From NCBI GenBank assembly GCA_903824515.1, contig CAIJXA010000041.1:1-47304 (forward strand): a DNA stretch of 47,304 nucleotides. Reading direction: 5' to 3'. The stretch is from an uncultured bacterium. Lineage in GTDB: Bacteria; Patescibacteriota; Minisyncoccia; Moranbacterales; GWC2-37-73. The notes under the pieces were generated by a model. That model searched no databases, had not been told where the DNA came from, and was given only the letters and a program-made list of their open reading frames with translations. This document shows, one piece after another, positions 34,646 to 42,233 of the stretch (its first letter is position 1; every line of letters starts with the position of its first letter). The translations under genes were made by a program, and so were the position numbers.

Positions 34646-35953
34646 CTAATTATAGATAATCATCTGATCAACATAGGTAGAACTTGAAGAACCCATTGCT
34701 CCAATCAGCGCTCTAGACGTATCCAAGAAGATATTTGCACCGAAGTATGGATCATGTACAACATATTTACCTTTCGCATCCTTGTGATGAATGACCACAT
34801 AATGTCCACCGGAACCATTTGATCGACCAATGTAAACAATAACAGGATTACCTTTTGCTATTTGGGCATCAATAATTGACCAGTCAATATTCTTGTGAGA
34901 TTTTCCGTCACCACTGAGAGTCAGCTTTGGACTGTCCCAGCTACTTGGCCAATTAATAAGGTCTCCTGAAAAAATTGACTCTTTTGCAAGACCTCCAGGT
35001 GTCGTTGAGCCTCCATGGGCCTTGAAAACCATTGCCACTGAGGTCACGGCGCAACCATAACTCTTCATCAAAGTTTTCGTGTTTCCAATTGTCATACCTC
35101 CCCACCGCGAATCTCTTTGTGAAAAATACCAACTTGTTGAAGCAAAATATTTTGAATCTGGTTTTGAATATGAGTCGGCAGACAAACCACTTGCTGCAAA
35201 AAACTGATCAATATCCAACAGTTCAGCTTTCTGTTCCTCTACTTTTTTTAGCAAATCGGCATATTTCGCTTGCTCTCCTTGTGTTTGAACAAGCAGTGAT
35301 GTTTGCTGCTTTTTGATAGATTCAAAATTATCACTTTTGTTTTGCAATTCTTGATGAGCACCAACTAGTTCAGCTTTCTTCTGCGCAAGTTCATTGCTTT
35401 GCTTTTGAATTCCATCCTTGAGGCCATTAAGCGTATCAATTAGCTGATTAACTTTGTCTCCGGCTTGAGATATTTGATCCTTACTCACCATAAAGGAAGC
35501 TAAATTTTCTTCTGAAAGATAGGTGGTAACCGGATTTGTTTGGCTCATTTGATAATATGACTGAATCAATTGAATCAGTAGTTCTTTGTCAGAAGTAATG
35601 AGTACCTCTTTTTCCCTTATTTGACTTTCGAGCTTTGCAATTTGAGCGTTTAAATCGTCAATTTGACTACCAGTGTCTCTGATTTGTGCCTTTACATCCT
35701 GAATACTTGAGTTCATGGTGGAAATTTTTGTTCCGAGGAGTTCGCTTTGCTTTTTTTTGATATCAATAATTTGACGATAAGCAGCAGCTTTTGCATTATA
35801 AGCCTCGCATTTATCTCGCTCACTCGTTCCCTGAGCAAATAAGCCGCAACCATTGCTCGCTGCGTTCACTTTGAAAATCATGATGAAAAACACTGCCAAA
35901 ATGGCAATCATTAAAGGAAATAAATTTTGTACTTTTGGGTTTTTATGTTTCAT
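34646..35953 (-). CDS. Secreted coiled-coil protein with C-terminal C39-like cysteine peptidase (cell-wall hydrolase-like) domain
   Basis: Signal/TM segment LFPLMIAILAVFFIMIF and ~250 aa of Gln/Lys/Glu heptads. Then YFSQRDSRWGG...SYGCAVTSVAMV (Cys) and GGHYVVIHH...VHDPY (His). Confidence 0.8.
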   Translation of the reverse strand: MKHKNPKVQNLFPLMIAILAVFFIMIFKVNAASNGCGLFAQGTSERDKCEAYNAKAAAYRQIIDIKKKQSELLGTKISTMNSSIQDVKAQIRDTGSQIDDLNAQIAKLESQIREKEVLITSDKELLIQLIQSYYQMSQTNPVTTYLSEENLASFMVSKDQISQAGDKVNQLIDTLNGLKDGIQKQSNELAQKKAELVGAHQELQNKSDNFESIKKQQTSLLVQTQGEQAKYADLLKKVEEQKAELLDIDQFFAASGLSADSYSKPDSKYFASTSWYFSQRDSRWGGMTIGNTKTLMKSYGCAVTSVAMVFKAHGGSTTPGGLAKESIFSGDLINWPSSWDSPKLTLSGDGKSHKNIDWSIIDAQIAKGNPVIVYIGRSNGSGGHYVVIHHKDAKGKYVVHDPYFGANIFLDTSRALIGAMGSSSSTYVDQMIIYN

Positions 35954-35991
35954 ATTTTCTTCAGACGAAATTCTCTAGACCCGCCCTAAGC

Positions 35992-37557
35992 TTACACCAA
36001 ATTCAAGGCATTTTCAATCCGCTTGAGGGTTTCTTCTTTTCCAAGCACCCAAGCGCATTCAAATGGTGAGGGAGATTTTTGCGCTCCGGTCAAACTTGCG
36101 CGCAAGGGCCAAAGAAGTTCGCCGCGATTATTTCCAGCTGCTGCCAGTAAATTTTGTTCAATGAGTTCTCTTGTCCATTGTTGCTCATTGGTTTGCGTCA
36201 AAACTGCATGCGATTTTTGCAGCGATAGTTTTAATTGCTCATCGGTCATTTCTTTCCAGTATAATAATTTTTTTTCACAAACTATGTCGTTAAAGAAAAA
36301 TTCATTTTCATCCCCAACCTGAGAAAGATTTACCAATCTTTCCTGCTCAACAGTTAACACATTTTTGAAATATTCAGTCTTTTCTTCCAAGCTCCATGCT
36401 TCATGCTTCATGTTCCATGACTGAAAATATTCCTTTTTTTCAAGAAAAGGTTTTGCCACATCGTACAAATCAGCGACCGACATTTTTTTGATATATTGAC
36501 CATTGATCCAATCTAATTTTTTGATGTCAAAAACTGCTCCAGCCTTGTGGACCTTTTTTATATCAAATTTTGCAGTAAGTTCCGCCATTGAAAAAATTTC
36601 TTGCACGCTCCCCTCACCCTGATTCCATCCCAGCATAGCCACAAAATTGATCACAGCTTCTTTCAGATAACCTTTATTAATATAGTCTTCAACTGCCACG
36701 TCGCCTTGCCTTTTGGAAAGTTTTGATTTGTCAGGATTCAGCAGCAGCGGAATGTGTGCGAATTCCGGCTCTTGCCAACCAAAAGCTCGATAAAGCAGAA
36801 TGTGCTTTGGAGTACTCGGAAGCCACTCTTCACCGCGAATAACCTGAGTAATTTCCATCAGATGATCGTCTACCACATTGGCCAAATGATAGGTTGGAAA
36901 ACCATCAGATTTAAGCAAAACCTGATCATCAATATTACTAGAATTGAAAGAAACCTTGCCACGAACCAAATCCTCAAATTCAATAATTTCATCTTTGGGA
37001 ACCTTGAGTCTGATTGTTGCAGGACATTTTTCTCTCAATTTTTCAGCAATTTCTTCGGCGCTAAGCTTTTCAAGACAATAGCGATCATACATGGGAGCTT
37101 TCTTTTCTACTTGTTGAAGTTCGCGCATTTTCTCCAATCTCTTTTGGTCGCAAAAACAATAATACGCTTTTCCATCCGCAACCAACTGCTCAGCATATTT
37201 TTTGTAGAGTTCCAATCTTTCCGATTGAACATATGGCCCAAAATCACCAACCTCAACTATCCCAGGATAAGTGGTTGATTTATTCAATTTGGAATTTGGA
37301 ATTTGAAATTTGAAATTTTCGCGATAGACCCCTTCATCCCAAGTAATTCCCATCTGCTCAAGTGCGTTGATGAGATTTTCAACTGCACCCTCGACAAATC
37401 TTTTCTGATCAGTGTCTTCGACTCGAAGCGCAAAAACACCCTCACTTTTTCGAGCGAAAAGATAGTTGTACAGCGCAGTTCGCAAACCTCCAATGTGAAG
37501 ATAGCCCGTTGGCGACGGCGCAAAACGAACTCTCGGTTTTTTTTCTGGATTAGTCAT
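35992..37557 (-). CDS. gltX: Glutamate--tRNA ligase
   Basis: RVRFAPSPTGYLHIGGLRTALYNY (HIGH) and KLSKRQG (KMSKS). Start set at ATG 37557, directly after the upstream gene's stop. The longer ORF-track N-terminus is not conserved. Confidence 0.93.
   Translation of the reverse strand: MTNPEKKPRVRFAPSPTGYLHIGGLRTALYNYLFARKSEGVFALRVEDTDQKRFVEGAVENLINALEQMGITWDEGVYRENFKFQIPNSKLNKSTTYPGIVEVGDFGPYVQSERLELYKKYAEQLVADGKAYYCFCDQKRLEKMRELQQVEKKAPMYDRYCLEKLSAEEIAEKLREKCPATIRLKVPKDEIIEFEDLVRGKVSFNSSNIDDQVLLKSDGFPTYHLANVVDDHLMEITQVIRGEEWLPSTPKHILLYRAFGWQEPEFAHIPLLLNPDKSKLSKRQGDVAVEDYINKGYLKEAVINFVAMLGWNQGEGSVQEIFSMAELTAKFDIKKVHKAGAVFDIKKLDWINGQYIKKMSVADLYDVAKPFLEKKEYFQSWNMKHEAWSLEEKTEYFKNVLTVEQERLVNLSQVGDENEFFFNDIVCEKKLLYWKEMTDEQLKLSLQKSHAVLTQTNEQQWTRELIEQNLLAAAGNNRGELLWPLRASLTGAQKSPSPFECAWVLGKEETLKRIENALNLV
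37286..37319. repeat. 7-nt tandem repeat (aatttgg x2, aatttga x2, aatttt) inside the gltX coding sequence
   Basis: It is read on the - strand as ENFKFQIPNSKL, within an apparent ~22-aa insertion between the WDEG and GPYxQSER motifs. Confidence 0.8.
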
Positions 37558-37558
37558 G

Positions 37559-38296
37559 TTATTTTTTTGAAAACAATATTTTAATTGGAAAAACAATTGT
37601 GGCATTGAAAATTCTCTTGGCCCTGTATTTTGGCTCCTGCGCAAAGCGCCAAAGCCATTCAAGTCCAATCGCACGCATCCAAATCGGAGCGCGAACGATT
37701 TTGCCAGTGATGAAGTCGAAACTTCCGCCGACGCCCATCGCTAATCTAAGTTTAGCATTTTTTTGACTATTAATAAACTTTTCTTGAGCTGGAGCACCGA
37801 AGTTGGAAAATAAAATATCATAATCAGTAATCGGCAATCTGTCATCATCCTCTCTGTTTTGATGACTGATGAAAGATGACTGATGACTCAGCTCGATATC
37901 ACTTCCTCCAATTTTCAAACTCGGATATTTCTTTTCGAGGACAGTTTTAATTTCGAAGTAGGAACTTAAACCATTTTTGCTAATCGCCAGGAAAATATTG
38001 AGTTTTCGCTCATTGGCAATTTTCAAAATTTCCTCCAGCAAATCAACTCCGGCGAGTCTGGTTTTCAAAAATTTTCCAAATCTCAAAAATGCGTATCCAA
38101 TTCCAGCTCCATCTGCCACATTCAAATTGCACATATTTATTACGTTTTTGAAATCACAATCTTTTTGCGCCTGAAGGATGAACTCTGGATTGATTGTCGC
38201 AATCTGGTGGAATTTTTCTTCATCCAAAAAAAATTCTATCTTTTCAAGAATTTCTTTTTTGCCAAGATTATCGATTCGAATACCCAATATGTGCAT
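37559..38296 (-). CDS. WecG/TagA/CpsF-family glycosyltransferase
   Basis: MHILGIRIDNL start, INPEFIL, NVADGAGI and FGAPAQEKFI. Start set at ATG 38296. Confidence 0.85.
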   Translation of the reverse strand: MHILGIRIDNLGKKEILEKIEFFLDEEKFHQIATINPEFILQAQKDCDFKNVINMCNLNVADGAGIGYAFLRFGKFLKTRLAGVDLLEEILKIANERKLNIFLAISKNGLSSYFEIKTVLEKKYPSLKIGGSDIELSHQSSFISHQNREDDDRLPITDYDILFSNFGAPAQEKFINSQKNAKLRLAMGVGGSFDFITGKIVRAPIWMRAIGLEWLWRFAQEPKYRAKRIFNATIVFPIKILFSKK

Positions 38297-38477
38297 AAAA
38301 ATACAATAACCAAGATACAAGCACCAAACAATTTTCAATAACCAAAATCCAAATTGTTTGCTTATTGATTTTTTGAATTTGAGATTTGCTTAGAATTTGT
38401 TTCTTATATCTTGTTTCTTACTTCATGTATCTCGAATATCTTATCTTATTTTCTGTTTCTGGTATTTTGATTATTTT

Positions 38478-39017
38478 TTATCCTAGCGGACAATCTTCCA
38501 ACGAAATATATTCAGCGCCGCCGCCTTTACTTTCCATCACGCTCACGCAGTCAACTGGGACAATGATGTGAACTTTTTCATCAATAACGGGTTTTTCAGC
38601 AAGCTGATCCCATTTTTCTTTTCTGATTTTTCCCAACATTAAATTTGCTCTGAATTGTTTATACTGCTGCGTCTTCATGCCAAGAGCATCCTGAACAGCC
38701 CCGTGCAAATTCCCAAGCTCATCACTAACCTCCCCATTCAGAACGACCATTCTAGGATCAGCAACATCTGGACTAAGCAAAATTTTTGTTAGCTCTAAAT
38801 CAAAAGATTCAAGACTTTCAACTGCCTCACTGACTTTTTCGCAAATTTCCGGAATGACACTTTCATCCACATAACCAACAAAAGAGACAGTCAGATGCAG
38901 ACTCTCCTCCTTGCTCCATTTGATTGGCAAATCACTCCATTGCTCTATTTTTTTTGCCAAACGACGCCTAATCGGGTCTGGAATTTGGATTTCAATATAT
39001 ATTTTCTTTTTTTGCAT
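38478..39017 (-). CDS. 2H phosphoesterase family protein (ThpR/LigT-like) with degenerate second HxT motif
   Basis: First motif HLTVSFVG is intact. ANLMLGK stands where HxTL is expected. Start set at ATG 39017 (the TTG at 39023 falls inside the predicted -10 region). Confidence 0.8.
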   Translation of the reverse strand: MQKKKIYIEIQIPDPIRRRLAKKIEQWSDLPIKWSKEESLHLTVSFVGYVDESVIPEICEKVSEAVESLESFDLELTKILLSPDVADPRMVVLNGEVSDELGNLHGAVQDALGMKTQQYKQFRANLMLGKIRKEKWDQLAEKPVIDEKVHIIVPVDCVSVMESKGGGAEYISLEDCPLG

Positions 39018-39023
39018 GAGCAA

Positions 39024-39051
39024 ATTTTACCATAGATACAAGAAAAATCAA
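39024..39051 (-). promoter_or_regulatory. Putative extended -10 promoter giving a leaderless thpR-like mRNA
   Basis: On the - strand: TTGATT, N16 (ending TGg), TAAAAT, then 6 nt to ATG 39017. Confidence 0.45.
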
Positions 39052-39227
39052 GGTTTTATCGTTTTTAGGATAACAACCACGGCCAAAAACAGTGTTTGAG
39101 AAGCACGCCTTCTTCCCTGATTTCTTATGCTTTTGAAATTCCAGGCTTTCTCTTGATGAACTGTACCCCCTTATTCCATAAATGGACATATGGAAGTATT
39201 TAGGATATCGAGATATATTAATACTAG

Positions 39228-40376
39228 TTATTGTCCTAAAATAGCTAGGAGCTCTCGGGCTGAAGTTGTCCAGTTGAATCTGATGGACTGGCGCAAACCT
39301 TTGTTTTTCATTTGTTCATAAAAATCTTTGTTGAGCAACAGCTCTTTCATTGCTAAGAAAAGTTCATTGGGATTGTCTGGATCAACCATGATACCACCAT
39401 CCCCCACGACTTCAGGCAGAGATGAAGTGTTGGAGGTTACAACTGGCACGCCACAGCGCATGGATTCCAGCACGGGAAGTCCAAAACCCTCATAAAATGA
39501 AGGATACACGAAAAGCGTTGCCAGGGTGTAGACCGCCGCTTTATCCTCATTGGTAATGCAAGTAGTAAAAATAATGTCATTTGTGTTTTTTGCTCTGCGC
39601 ATCTTGGAAAGAATTTTCTCGACGCCCCAACCCTTGCCGCCCGCAATTACGAGCTTGAATTTGTTTAATTGCTGATTGTGCAGTGATTTTAGTTGATCAA
39701 AAGCCGCCACAATTGCAGAAATATTTTTCCGAGGCTCAATAGTACCGAGATAGAAAATGAAATTGAAAGGCAAATGATATTTTTCTTTCACCGCCATCAA
39801 ACGCGGGTCATTATGATCCAATTGCCCAATATCCTCGGCCACAGCATTATAAATCCGCTCAATTTTTGCTGGGTCAATTGCGTAATAACTAATAATGTCT
39901 TTTTTTGATGAGTCAGAAACTGCAATAATTTTACTAGCTCGTTTGCAAAGTCGGCGCGTATTGATAAAGTGATGCCAAAGTCTTCGCTTAAAAGAAAATG
40001 TCTCTGAAAAAATTTCAAATGAAAGGTCATGAATCGTCAAAGTTAATTTAACCTCACCGGAAAGAGCCACGAAATTTATATTCGGCATCCAGAATTTATC
40101 CACTCCGCCAAGCATTTTATCGATATGCGGCCAATGAAAATACCACATACATAAATTCAAAATCTTATTTGGGATGTGAAATTGTTTCACGCTGACATTT
40201 TTGTATTTTTTGAATTGATTAAGCTGGGCCCTTGGCTGGCGCCAGGAATTAATAAACAGCACATAAGTATTTTTTTGGTCCAATTTGAAAAGACAATGCA
40301 AGATGTTTGTCGTGTATTCTTCAACGCCTGTGTTTTTTCCTTCCACCAAACAGCGGATGTCAACTCCTACTCTCAT
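39228..40376 (-). CDS. Glycosyltransferase, GT4 family
   Basis: C-terminal half has LFVYPSFYEGFGLPVLESMRCGVPVV (E-x7-E). Confidence 0.9.
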   Translation of the reverse strand: MRVGVDIRCLVEGKNTGVEEYTTNILHCLFKLDQKNTYVLFINSWRQPRAQLNQFKKYKNVSVKQFHIPNKILNLCMWYFHWPHIDKMLGGVDKFWMPNINFVALSGEVKLTLTIHDLSFEIFSETFSFKRRLWHHFINTRRLCKRASKIIAVSDSSKKDIISYYAIDPAKIERIYNAVAEDIGQLDHNDPRLMAVKEKYHLPFNFIFYLGTIEPRKNISAIVAAFDQLKSLHNQQLNKFKLVIAGGKGWGVEKILSKMRRAKNTNDIIFTTCITNEDKAAVYTLATLFVYPSFYEGFGLPVLESMRCGVPVVTSNTSSLPEVVGDGGIMVDPDNPNELFLAMKELLLNKDFYEQMKNKGLRQSIRFNWTTSARELLAILGQ

Positions 40377-40518
40377 ACTGTTACATTGCTAAATTGTTAC
40401 ATTGTTATTATAGATGCACATTCTTATTTTGTATTCCTGACAATGTAACAGTGTATCAATATAACAATGCCTTTTGTCTTTATTTAACCATATACCATCC
40501 CCCGCTTTTGCGGTAGTC

Positions 40519-40547
40519 TTGACTTTTGGGTGGAAAAGCCGTATAAT
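40519..40547 (+). promoter_or_regulatory. Near-consensus orphan promoter
   Basis: TTGACT (40519-40524), exactly 17 nt, TATAAT (40542-40547). It lies on the opposite strand from all neighbouring genes. Confidence 0.6.
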
Positions 40548-40555
40548 AGAGAATT

Positions 40556-40693
40556 GTGGTGAATCCGTATTTTGACAAATTATACCAGGGCTCACGTGAG
40601 GACGGTCTGTTTGCTGCTTCTTTATATGAAGAAAGATTCGCTCGAGGAAGTGTTACTTTCGCATTAATGGACATTGAAAGCGTAGAAAGTTAA
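40556..40693 (+). CDS. Candidate 45-codon leaderless microprotein; alternatively the ~200-nt transcript is a non-coding sRNA
   Basis: GTG lies 8 nt after the -10, matching the geometry at 27377 and 25695. Translation (M)VNPYFDKLYQGSREDGLFAASLYEERFARGSVTFALMDIESVES. A terminator lies 18 nt after the stop. There is no SD and no recognisable homology. Confidence 0.3.
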   Translation: MVNPYFDKLYQGSREDGLFAASLYEERFARGSVTFALMDIESVES

Positions 40694-40710
40694 TATGTTC
40701 TAAGAATTAT

Positions 40711-40763
40711 AGAGATGTGACATGCAAGCAATTTTTAACGCTTGTGTGTCCATCTCTTTTTTA
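40711..40763 (+). terminator. Rho-independent terminator of the orphan unit
   Basis: agagatgtgaca (40711-40722) pairs with tgtgtccatctct (40745-40757), with inner caagc/gcttg pairing. It is followed by ttttttat. Confidence 0.6.
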
Positions 40764-40843
40764 TTTGCCAAAAAAATTCTATTAAGCCTGAAAAAGCTAA
40801 ACCCATATATTAATATCTGGGTGTGTTTTTAAAAAAAGAATTT

Positions 40844-40937
40844 GTCATTGCGAGAATGTAATCATCCGAAGCAATCCAGGGCCATACTCAATTCTGAATT
40901 GCCACGGATTTTGTAGTACAAAAATCCTTGCGAAGAC
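40844..40937. repeat. Nested palindromic REP/MITE-like element (same family as 30359-30465)
   Basis: gtcattgcgagaatgtaatcatccgaagcaatccag (40844-40879), inner hairpin ggatttt/aaaatcc, closing arm ccttgcgaagac (40926-40937). Confidence 0.6.
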
Positions 40938-40969
40938 GATATTGTTTAAATGTTTATATGCTTGGATGT

Positions 40970-42079
40970 TTAGACGTTTTTATGCTCCCCGAGTTTGTTC
41001 TCAATAATCTCCCGCATCTTTTCCTTGAAAATTTCGCGATTGAATTTTTGGACTTTACTAGAAATATATTGACTGTCAAAAGACAAGGCTTGAAATCTTT
41101 TCACAGCTTCGATGATGGCCTGACTGGTTTGCTGCTCAAAAAAGACCCCCATAGTTTGATTTTCCATGTGCTCTGGAATGTCACCGCCGCGATATGCCAC
41201 CAGTGGTTTGCCACAAGCCAGTGCTTCCATGGCCACAATGCCGAAATCTTCTTCTTGGGGGAAAACAACTCCTTGGCAATCCAGATAATACTGCTTCAAT
41301 TGCTCATCATCAACTCGACCCAAAAATTCAATATTTGAACCGGCTATTTTTTTGAGTCTTTTAAGCTCCGGACCTCGGCCAATAATTTTAAGTGGGAGGC
41401 CAAGATTATTAAAAGCTTTAATGGTAATATCATGCCGCTTATAGGCAATCAACCTACCCACCATCAAGAAATATGGTTGCACTTTTTCACTGCTAACAGC
41501 TGGAGAAAATCTTTTAGTGTCAACCGGTGGATGAATTACAATAGCCTCTTTTCGATAATATTTTTTGATTCTGTTGGCCACAAAATTTGAATTAGCCACA
41601 AAAAGATCGACTCTGTCAGCGCTCACCTTGTCCCAAAGACGAATGTAATTCATTGCAAATGGAATGATGCTTTTGACGAAACGTGGAAAATAAAAATCAC
41701 GCGTATATTTTTGACAATCATCCCAAGCGTAGCGCATTGGAGTATGCATATAGCAAATGTGCAATGTTTGCGGTCGCGTGATAATGCCCTTAGCATAACT
41801 GGATGAATCAGAGACAACTACGTCATAATTGGAAAAATCAAACTGTTCAATAGCCGGCGGCATCAGCAATGGAAATATTCTGTGCCAACTCTTGGTAAAA
41901 GGCATTTTTTGCAAATACGAAGTGTAAATCCGCTTGTTTTCAAAGGCACCATGCATGGCCGCCTTGTTGTGGACAATGGTATAAATTGGAGCATAGGGAT
42001 AAATCTCGCAAAAACATTCCAGCACCCTTTCGGCTCCTCCGCGCTGCACTAGATAGTCATGGACAAAAGCGATTTTCAT
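40970..42079 (-). CDS. Glycosyltransferase, GT4 family
   Basis: MKIAFVHDYLVQRGGAERV start, and VVFPQEEDFGIVAMEALACGKPLV (E-x7-E). Confidence 0.9.
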   Translation of the reverse strand: MKIAFVHDYLVQRGGAERVLECFCEIYPYAPIYTIVHNKAAMHGAFENKRIYTSYLQKMPFTKSWHRIFPLLMPPAIEQFDFSNYDVVVSDSSSYAKGIITRPQTLHICYMHTPMRYAWDDCQKYTRDFYFPRFVKSIIPFAMNYIRLWDKVSADRVDLFVANSNFVANRIKKYYRKEAIVIHPPVDTKRFSPAVSSEKVQPYFLMVGRLIAYKRHDITIKAFNNLGLPLKIIGRGPELKRLKKIAGSNIEFLGRVDDEQLKQYYLDCQGVVFPQEEDFGIVAMEALACGKPLVAYRGGDIPEHMENQTMGVFFEQQTSQAIIEAVKRFQALSFDSQYISSKVQKFNREIFKEKMREIIENKLGEHKNV

Positions 42080-42233
42080 AAGCCGATACGAAACTACGAG
42101 TTAACTACGAATCTACAAACTTAAATTAAATCCTCCTAATCTCCCTTTTCTAAAAGGAGGAATTATACTCTTTTATATCCATCCTACATCTACTTAATTT
42201 CTATCTTATCACTACTGAATCTCCAATGTATTT

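Noticed and set aside
38992-39189. 65-aa - strand ORF between the GT4 gene and the 2H phosphoesterase gene
   Set aside because: It overlaps the predicted promoter and start of the phosphoesterase gene out of frame, and has no support.
40389-40674. Two - strand ORFs (40389-40595, 40480-40674) in the gap between the GT4 genes
   Set aside because: They have no start-site signals or motifs, and they are antisense to a near-consensus promoter/terminator pair that better explains the interval.
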